Origin: an uncultured Verrucomicrobiae bacterium
GTDB taxonomy: Bacteria > Chlamydiota > Chlamydiia > Chlamydiales > Rhabdochlamydiaceae
Direction: 5' to 3'
Length of the DNA: 64,000 nt
Assembly (NCBI GenBank): GCA_963718565.1
Contig: OY970364.1
Location: 1,344,001 to 1,408,000, forward strand
In this document: piece by piece, positions 38,840 to 46,142 of the stretch
How positions within the stretch are numbered: position 1 is the first letter of the stretch
How the letters are laid out: each line of letters starts with the position of its first letter
Notes under the pieces: model-generated
Seen by the model: the letters and a program-made list of their open reading frames with translations, nothing else
Database searches by the model: none
Told to the model about the DNA's origin: nothing
Made by a program: the position numbers and the translations under genes

Positions 38840-40459
38840 TCAAGGCCCAATTGCGTTAGTTTGCAAGCTGTCTTTTTGAAGATCGATATAGATTAGCCTG
38901 TTGGAGTAGTCAATAAAGAGAGGAAATTCGCGAAGAAAATCCATGCCGAGAAATCCATCAAAATCAAATTGTGGGCTCACATCAAGCGCCTTAATAAAAC
39001 GCTCCCCAAAGTCATGCCCCATCATACAAAATCGCGCCGTAGAGGCCGGCTGTGGCGATCGTATCGCCGTAAACGTGCTACCCGTATCAAGCATTAAGCG
39101 ATAGGTTCCCGCATCTATTTCAACGGAAAGAAGAATGCCATCTGGGTGAAGGGTAAAGGGAATAGCGAGAAGATTGTGAGAGAAAAGGCTGGCTTGTTGA
39201 AGAAGTAAGTGATCGGCACTGGCATAAATTGCAAAATGGGGGAAATCCAGAAACAGATTGTATTTTTCGAGGATGGGCAATCCGATAACTCCAATAGGTT
39301 GTTGAGGAAGACCATTTAACGTTACGCCAACGTGAAAATCATCTTTATCCAGTTTGGTAAACACATGAGCAAATCTCAGATTGTTAATTTTAATTTCTGG
39401 AATGGTATAGGTAGGTGCTTCATATTTTCTTCCTCTAAAATCATACCATGAAGCAGTACCATATTTGGACTTGCATATGTTTTGTAAAATCTCCTCTCGA
39501 AAAGCAAAAGGAAAGGAGCTGCCAAGATCGAGTTGTAGAGGATACACATTGCCTTCAACAGTTACATCGATAACAGGATTGCCATGGCTAGCAAAAGTCA
39601 CGGGAATACGTTCAAAATATTTCCCTGGCGGCTCTACATAAGCGATTTTGTGCGCATAATCGAGATAGATAGCATGCTCTTTCAGAAAATCCATACCGAT
39701 AAACCCAGCAATTTCATCAAGCCCTTCTGGTAAATCTATTGATTCGAACGTGACGTTGCCAAATTGTTGTTCCCCAAGAACAAGTGGAGATGAGACAAAA
39801 GGAAATGGGTTATTAGGAGGAATGAGAGAGGAACGAAGGTAAGTGATCATAAATGCAGTGCTCATGACAAACTTGGAAGTCCCTAAATCGGTATTGACCT
39901 GAAAAACGATCCCGCCACGATGCATTTCAAAAGGCACGCTTATCCAATTCTTACCAACAAGTTTCTTGGCCTGAAGTTTAGAAAATGTATCGCAAGCAAC
40001 AACACGATGGTGAGGAAAATCAAGGAGAAGATTAAATTCCTCTCCTAAAAATCTACCCAAGATACCATAATCTTCTTCATCAGATTCATAAGCAACAATA
40101 TTTTTTAACTCTAAGTCTCCCACTTTCAACTTTGGAATAACATAAGCGGAAGCTTCATATTTGCATCCGTTAATGCCATGCCATTCGCCTATCCCTTGCG
40201 GTTGTTTATCAACCGTGTCGAGCATCTCCTTACGTAAAAATAAGGGGAATCGAGATCCGATACTAAGTCCTAAGGTACAACTTTTTCCTTGCAATTCCGC
40301 AGTAATAAGAGGACGGTCACGCCTACCATAAGCGACATCGAAGTAACTATAATAACCCGTTGCAAAGGAGTACCACAGAAGCAACCCAATACCAAGAGTT
40401 ACAATTGTTAGAAGTAGTGGAACAACATATTTGGGTCTACTAGAAATTGTATCCCCCAT
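38840..40459 (-). CDS. Membrane-anchored retropepsin-like aspartic protease with four tandem lobes
   Basis: N-terminal TM. Four repeats with catalytic-position motifs SIGS, STAF, DLGS, DTGS, each followed by GILGRFL, GFIGMDFL, GVIGLPIL or GFLGMDFL. Start chosen at the ATG 40459 after GGAGG. Confidence 0.8.
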   Translation of the reverse strand: MGDTISSRPKYVVPLLLTIVTLGIGLLLWYSFATGYYSYFDVAYGRRDRPLITAELQGKSCTLGLSIGSRFPLFLRKEMLDTVDKQPQGIGEWHGINGCKYEASAYVIPKLKVGDLELKNIVAYESDEEDYGILGRFLGEEFNLLLDFPHHRVVACDTFSKLQAKKLVGKNWISVPFEMHRGGIVFQVNTDLGTSKFVMSTAFMITYLRSSLIPPNNPFPFVSSPLVLGEQQFGNVTFESIDLPEGLDEIAGFIGMDFLKEHAIYLDYAHKIAYVEPPGKYFERIPVTFASHGNPVIDVTVEGNVYPLQLDLGSSFPFAFREEILQNICKSKYGTASWYDFRGRKYEAPTYTIPEIKINNLRFAHVFTKLDKDDFHVGVTLNGLPQQPIGVIGLPILEKYNLFLDFPHFAIYASADHLLLQQASLFSHNLLAIPFTLHPDGILLSVEIDAGTYRLMLDTGSTFTAIRSPQPASTARFCMMGHDFGERFIKALDVSPQFDFDGFLGMDFLREFPLFIDYSNRLIYIDLQKDSLQTNAIGP

Positions 40460-40841
40460 GAGCCTCCCCATGCACTTCAGTCCTTGTATTCCCATCTCTA
40501 TCTCTACCACCAGATACTCCTGCACTTCCCCCTACGTCCCACCCACTATCGGAATGATAGGAACCTCCAACATCAACCGATGCACTCTCATTGCCATTTG
40601 AGTCCCTACCTCCACCTACTGACCCGTGCACTTCTCCCTTTCCTCCTCCACCTCCCTCACCTTTGTCCTTGTCCTTTCCTCGATTGAAGATATAATCAGA
40701 CATGTGTGTTTGCGCATTCCTTAACGAAGTTGATGCAGGAAGGGGCTCTTGAGCAATTAAGATGCCCTCTGAAGGCTCTCCTCCAAACAGAACAGAAGCC
40801 AGCCAGCGGTTAGCTGCATCATGGACATCTGCGGTTTCCAA
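40440..40841 (-). CDS. Small protein with Gly-rich, beta-hairpin-patterned C-terminus ending in YNF (start uncertain)
   Basis: GEVHGSVGGGRDSNGNESASVDVGGSY...VGGSAGVSGGRDRDGNTRTEVHGEAHGGYNF. Stop overlaps the protease start. Confidence 0.6.
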   Translation of the reverse strand: METADVHDAANRWLASVLFGGEPSEGILIAQEPLPASTSLRNAQTHMSDYIFNRGKDKDKGEGGGGGKGEVHGSVGGGRDSNGNESASVDVGGSYHSDSGWDVGGSAGVSGGRDRDGNTRTEVHGEAHGGYNF

Positions 40842-41085
40842 ATCATGGCCATACCCTTCTAAACGAAGGTAGGAGCGCTTGCCTGATCGTTTGGGGTATC
40901 AACGATAATACTCGTCAGGTTGTCGGCACAACATTCCTTCCTAAAAAGAAAAAAATCGGCAACCAAGAATTGGAAAGCTGGTTATTAAATCAGTTAACTC
41001 CTGGAATTGAAGTGCATTTTCTTGAAGGTTCAGTCGATAGTCTGCCTGTTGTAATATTTGCAATTCAAGCTGCGTTTTCTCATAA

Positions 41086-41463
41086 CCCAAGTTCGCGGCT
41101 TTCCCAGTTGTTACCACTCCGTGTAATTACGGCGGGGTGCGTCACTGGTTCCTCTGTACAAACCCAGACTGTCGCCGCCGAAGTAAAAAGCTGTATTTGA
41201 ATCGTCAGGGCATCTTTTTCTGCAGAAAATGTCTCAAACTTGCCTATTCTACTCAAAACCGCTCTAAGCTTGATCGGATCATTGACAAGAAGTGGGCACT
41301 GGTGCGTAAGCTGGGCGCAGATTCCGATTGTATTTTGGATAATCAAAAACCAAAAGGCATGCATTGGAAAACGTTTGAAAAAATCAGAAGCGAAATCGCA
41401 TCCCTAGATGAACAGGCTGTCTTCGGCATCGCGACAATGCAGGCAAGCATATATCAAAAGTGA
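41086..41463 (+). pseudogene. 5'-truncated Cys-rich (zinc-ribbon-like) hypothetical of a type common in mobile elements
   Basis: TTPCNYGGVRHWFLC..CRRRSKKLY...FCRKCLKLAYSTQ...KPKGMHWKTF. The conserved-looking sequence begins before any start codon in the frame. Confidence 0.55.
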
Positions 41464-41489
41464 GAAAGTAGTATTTCTCCATGGAAAAG

Positions 41490-41543
41490 ATGGGTATGCG
41501 ACAATTGTCGTATCATCGGTACGACAATTGTCCCCACCCCATA
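41490..41543. terminator. Hairpin between convergent genes
   Basis: atggg..gacaattgtcgta-tcatcgg-tacgacaattgtc..cccat, with 13-bp perfect inner arms. Confidence 0.55.
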
Positions 41544-41574
41544 AGATTTTTCGGTAAGAACAGCGTGCGACATA

Positions 41575-41835
41575 TTAATCACAGTCTCCGCCATTACCCC
41601 CATCTCCTCCAGACCCCCAATCGCTATCCCCTCCTCTGCCTCCGTTGCCACCGTTTTGCCCATTTTCCCCGTTTTGGCCATTCTGACCATTTATCCCTGG
41701 GCAACCATCCTTGCCATGTTTGATCAGGGAACCAATTAAATCCTGTTCATCGATTTCGGGTGTGGAATTATCACATTGGACAAGTGCAATTGGAAAAAGC
41801 ACCAACGCTCCAAGTAGAGTTGTTAAAATTTTCAT
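41575..41835 (-). CDS. Secreted Gly-rich microprotein 3 (G-X-X repeats, possible lipoprotein)
   Basis: Signal peptide ending LVQC, then GKDGCPGINGQNGQNGENGQNGGNGGRGGD...GGDCD. Confidence 0.78.
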   Translation of the reverse strand: MKILTTLLGALVLFPIALVQCDNSTPEIDEQDLIGSLIKHGKDGCPGINGQNGQNGENGQNGGNGGRGGDSDWGSGGDGGNGGDCD

Positions 41836-41850
41836 GTTTTTGAAGCTCCG

Positions 41851-42174
41851 TTATTTCTTGTTTCCATTATTTCCATTGCTCCCATTTCCGCCAGGCCCTT
41901 GACCACCGGTGCCACCTCTACCGCCTCCAGCGGGACCGTTGCCACCATTGCCGCCGTTCCCGCCTTTGCCCAGTTCGCTGTTACCACCATTGCCTCCATC
42001 GCCACCGCGACTGGAAGAACTGTTTCCGCCATTTCCCCCGTTGCCACCCGATCCATGCTTGCTGTCGCCGCCATTTCCTCCACGGCCGCCGTCAGCATGG
42101 ACATTAACAAACGAGATCAACATGACTATAACTGAAATTGAAAATGGGAATCGAAAAAAATGCTTTTTTTTCAT
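41851..42174 (-). CDS. Secreted Gly-rich microprotein 2
   Basis: Signal peptide (MKKKHFF...VHA) followed by GGNGG/GGDGG repeats. Confidence 0.8.
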   Translation of the reverse strand: MKKKHFFRFPFSISVIVMLISFVNVHADGGRGGNGGDSKHGSGGNGGNGGNSSSSRGGDGGNGGNSELGKGGNGGNGGNGPAGGGRGGTGGQGPGGNGSNGNNGNKK

Positions 42175-42176
42175 CT

Positions 42177-42413
42177 CTATGCTCCGTTACCACCATTTCC
42201 CCCATTCCCTCCGCTAGCTCCACCGTGTCCACCGGCTCCCCCGTTTCCTCCATTACCAGATCCACTATTTCCCCCATTACCTCCATCACCACCACTACCA
42301 CCTGCATGACCGCCATCTCCGCCATTTCCGCCATTACCAGCATGCAGGCCAGTCGACACCACAAAAAAAGAAATCATCGCTAACAAGCCAATTTTCTTCA
42401 ATTTCATATCCAT
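42177..42413 (-). CDS. Secreted Gly-rich microprotein 1
   Basis: Start MDMKLKKIGLL after a GGGAGA RBS. Signal peptide ends LHA. Mature part GNGGNGGDGGHAGGSGGDGGNGG... Confidence 0.8.
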   Translation of the reverse strand: MDMKLKKIGLLAMISFFVVSTGLHAGNGGNGGDGGHAGGSGGDGGNGGNSGSGNGGNGGAGGHGGASGGNGGNGGNGA

Positions 42414-42526
42414 TCTCCCGTAAAGAGCATTCATATTTAATCCCCTGATCTCCGTGATCATGAGCGATACGTTAACTAAAGAATTTGTCGCATTATTACT
42501 GCTTTCATTTTTTGGGAAGCACTCAA

Positions 42527-43651
42527 ATGACAACAGCCAATGCCTCTCTTCAACAAGAACTCATCCTATTGCGCAATGAACAGGCCTCTCTCCGAGCAAC
42601 TGTGTCGAATCTTTTGAATCAACTGAGCATGGCCATACAGGCCAATGCTGAATTGCGCATCGAAAATCAAACTCTCAGAGATGAAATTGCTCGCCTCAAG
42701 CAAACGCCCCCGCGCCCTAAAATACCTCCCGGCGATTTAGAAAATTCCGAGAAAGAACCAAAAGATGGGAAGGGGAATAGAGGGAACTCTGGTCGAGGCA
42801 AGCACCCGCGCAGTAAAAAAACAGGACTGACTTTCCACAATATCAACCGACTTAAGCCAGATACCATTCCCGAAGGGGCTATTTTTAAAGGCACTCGGAA
42901 GTATGACATTCAAGATCTCGTTTGCCAGGCATATAACACTCGATACGAGATCGAACGCTGGCAACTGCCAGATGGGACATACATCGAAGGTCAGATTCCA
43001 TTGCATATTCAGGGGCATTATGGAGCGGCCTTGAGAGCGCATGTCATCACGTTAGCCCATTCTTGCCGTGTTTCAGAAGAGCTGATTTTAGAGCAATTGC
43101 GTAGATACAAAATCGCAATTTCTGCCGGGCAATTGCATGCGATGCTGACAGAAAAACACGACCAGTTTCACGCTGAGAAAGCCGACCTTTTGGAAGCTGG
43201 AATAACATCCGGTCAAATTCAGACAGACGATGTGGGCACACGACATTGCAGCAAAAACTGCTACACCAATGTGATTTGCAACGAATATTTCGTCCATCTA
43301 ACGACGACCAACAGCAAAAATCGTATTAATTTCCTCACGATTTTGGCGCAGGGCCGAGGAGAATACCGATTTAACCAAGATGCCTATGATTACCTAGCCA
43401 CTCATAGGGATACAGAATGGTTGATTCAAGCGTTTAAAATTCGTCAAGATCCTGTGTTCCATACACAAGATCCTGGGAAAACATTTCTGGAAGAATTTGG
43501 GCATCTAAACTCAAATACCATTCGATTGCTTACTGAGGCCGGGTTGTTTGCCAGTCTAATCGAGCATGGTGTGCCCAAAAATCTGAATATCCATAGCGAC
43601 GATTTAATTTCCTATACCCTGCCTTCTTCAACCTCAATAATTTCTTTTTAA
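42527..43651 (+). pseudogene. IS66-like transposase, 3'-truncated
   Basis: Coiled coil LRDEIARLK, YDIQDL, GHYGAALRA, ISAGQL, QTDDVGTRH. Breaks off just after HSDD. Confidence 0.75.
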
Positions 43652-43708
43652 TGGCCGATCAGCTATAAAGATGAAGACTGTAGGCCTTGTCTTAAGGATT
43701 GAAAAAAC

Positions 43709-44503
43709 ATGCGCTGTACTTGCTATTGCACTGCTTCTACCTATGATATTCCTCGTCTGTTTCAATACCTGCAACGGCTAGGTTCTACTCAGCTTTTTCG
43801 CGATGTCATCCATATTCAAATTAAGGAAGATAAGCAGATTAAAGGAGACATCTTTTATTTCTCTTACGGCGCTGTCGTCTGTTGGGGATTTGCAGAAGAA
43901 GAAGAAAGAGAAATCCTGCAATCTCTCAAGGAATTTGAAAAAGAATCTTTAGCAAAAATCGAACTGGATGAATTCACATTCACTTATGGCGATACGATCA
44001 AGATTGAAGAGGATGAAATCTTTCTTCACAATAAAAGCACTCTGACCAAACTCGCGATCTCTCACGGAATTGCCCAGTCGGTAAAACTTTCGACCTTTGA
44101 AGAGCTCATTCAAAAAACCATCGATCACACCAAACAATTACCCACCAACCTTGCCCAAAAAGGAAAAATCCCGCTTTCTCGCAAGGAGATTTCCAAAAAA
44201 ATGGGTGAAATCTTCATTGAACGCAGCTTCATCAATCTGCATAGCGAAATCCTCGATACCCCTGAATTTTTTTGGGATTATCCTGAACTCGAGCCGTTCT
44301 ATCGCCGCGCTGCGCATTATCTCGACGTCACCAAGCGCGTCGAAATTCTCAATAAACGCCTCAATGTTGTCCACGAACTTTTCGAGATCCTTTCCAGCGA
44401 GCTCAACCATCAACACACTTCGCGCCTAGAGACGATCATTATCCTCTTGATCCTCATCGAGGTTACCATCGCGCTGCTGCGCGACTTGTTCCACTTGATC
44501 TAA
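43709..44503 (+). CDS. RMD1/YagE (DUF155) family protein
   Basis: AYCTA-like start (CYCTASTY), FSYGAVVCWG, SHGIAQSVKL..FE, LDTPEFFW, RVEILNKRL, C-terminal TM. Confidence 0.88.
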   Translation: MRCTCYCTASTYDIPRLFQYLQRLGSTQLFRDVIHIQIKEDKQIKGDIFYFSYGAVVCWGFAEEEEREILQSLKEFEKESLAKIELDEFTFTYGDTIKIEEDEIFLHNKSTLTKLAISHGIAQSVKLSTFEELIQKTIDHTKQLPTNLAQKGKIPLSRKEISKKMGEIFIERSFINLHSEILDTPEFFWDYPELEPFYRRAAHYLDVTKRVEILNKRLNVVHELFEILSSELNHQHTSRLETIIILLILIEVTIALLRDLFHLI

Positions 44504-44511
44504 GACGCTTT

Positions 44512-46089
44512 TCACTCTGCAAGGGATAGGCCTTTGAAATCGACATATCCGGACCGATTAATCGCATAGCCTCTTAATTTCTCATTCAAAAGAAATTTAC
44601 AGGTTTCCATGTGAATCGGAATCACAGGCATTTCATCCATCAGTAGTTGCTCAGCTTCACGAAGATGCTGATCTCTTTCCTTCATATCAAAAGTAGCGCT
44701 TGCTCGAGTGAGCAGCTGTTGATAAGTCTTATTTTCCCATCGGGAAAAATTGTAAGAGCAGCTTTTTTCCGTGAAAATATCTAAAAAATAAAACGGATCT
44801 TCATAGATGGAATTTCGAGTGCAGCTTGCGATTTGGAATTGACCGTGAATGAGATGATCTTGCAAGACATTCCACTCAAACGCTTGGATGTCTACCTCAA
44901 TCCCTAAAGCCTCCCTCAGGTTTTCTTGAAGGATTTGAGTCAAACTTTTCTGACTTCCATAAGTGCAATAGCTCATGGTCACTTTAGGAAAAGTTTCCCT
45001 CGTTAACCCAAGTTCTTGAAGGCCCTGTTCAAAATAGTGGAGAGCCTTTTCTCGATTTTCATCGATCCTCGATGTTTCATCGAGCAAGGTCAATGTTTTA
45101 GGAAGAATAGTTGTGCACGAGATATCCGTAGTAAGAAAATTTTTAACAAGGTTTTGACGATTGATAGCATAGGCAAATGCTTTGCGAATCCAAGCAGAGT
45201 TAAAAGGAGGGGTTTCCGTATTCAGGTAAAGCCAATAGACCCGGGAGATTGCCTCCGTGTGAAATCGAGGATCTTGTTTTGCGGTGGGTAAAAGATTCGC
45301 AGGAATGGAGTCAAAAGTATCCCCCATGACGTCATACTCTCCTTTTTCAAAAAGGAAAAACTCAGTATTGGGATCGGCAATCATCGAAATACTCACTTTG
45401 TCCAACTTAACATTCTCTGCATCCCAGTATCTAGGGTTACGCTCGAGTTCAAACACAGATCCGTGTTTCCAATTTCCTAAAACAAAGGGGCCATTAAAAA
45501 TGGTGGGCTCATCTTCCTCGCCACAAATAGGGGAAAAAATCGGATGAGAAATTAGGGCAAGAAAATAGGGAGCAGGTTGTTGCAATTCCACAATCAACGT
45601 GGTCGCATCCAGGGCCTTCACTCCTAAAGCCTCTAAAGGAACTTCGCCGCACTTGGCCTTTTTAGCATTTTTAATGATATAGAAAAGGTCGGCGCGAGAA
45701 CAACGTGTATTAGGATGAAGGGCTGTTTTCCACGCTTTCTCAAAATCATAAGCAGTGACCACCTGCCCGTTAGTCCAGCAGTGGGGTCTGATTGAAAATC
45801 GGAAATGCGTGTAAGAATCATCGATCTCTACTTGATTTGCGGCAGCAAGCTCGGCTTTGCCATGAGTGCCAAGCCTTGTAAGGCCTTCAAAAAGAGCCTT
45901 ACCAATGATGCGCCCTCGCACATCCACATTTCGGTGAGGATGCAAAGAAGAAGGATCCCCCTCAGATAAATTCACTCTCAAATGATTAGATATGGCTTTC
46001 ACACCTTTCTTGGAAATACGACCTGGCATAAACAGAATCCAACTGAAAATGACTGCAACAAGAAGGAAAATGAGAGAAAACGTTTTCAT
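44512..46089 (-). CDS. oppA: Oligopeptide ABC substrate-binding protein (SBP family 5)
   Basis: N-terminal anchor, DPSSLHP, LFEGLTR, WTNGQVVTAYDF..AW, NGPFVL, IRKAFAYAINR, EMPVIPI. Confidence 0.88.
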   Translation of the reverse strand: MKTFSLIFLLVAVIFSWILFMPGRISKKGVKAISNHLRVNLSEGDPSSLHPHRNVDVRGRIIGKALFEGLTRLGTHGKAELAAANQVEIDDSYTHFRFSIRPHCWTNGQVVTAYDFEKAWKTALHPNTRCSRADLFYIIKNAKKAKCGEVPLEALGVKALDATTLIVELQQPAPYFLALISHPIFSPICGEEDEPTIFNGPFVLGNWKHGSVFELERNPRYWDAENVKLDKVSISMIADPNTEFFLFEKGEYDVMGDTFDSIPANLLPTAKQDPRFHTEAISRVYWLYLNTETPPFNSAWIRKAFAYAINRQNLVKNFLTTDISCTTILPKTLTLLDETSRIDENREKALHYFEQGLQELGLTRETFPKVTMSYCTYGSQKSLTQILQENLREALGIEVDIQAFEWNVLQDHLIHGQFQIASCTRNSIYEDPFYFLDIFTEKSCSYNFSRWENKTYQQLLTRASATFDMKERDQHLREAEQLLMDEMPVIPIHMETCKFLLNEKLRGYAINRSGYVDFKGLSLAE

Positions 46090-46142
46090 ACACAAGACTC
46101 AAAGAAAAGACGCAAATAACACGCTCCTAGCCGGAAAGGCTA

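Noticed and set aside
41454..42383. Alternative-frame ORFs such as MAEMAEMAV and PPLPP repeats
   Set aside because: They are frame and antisense shadows of the Gly-rich genes, which have signal peptides and tight operon spacing.
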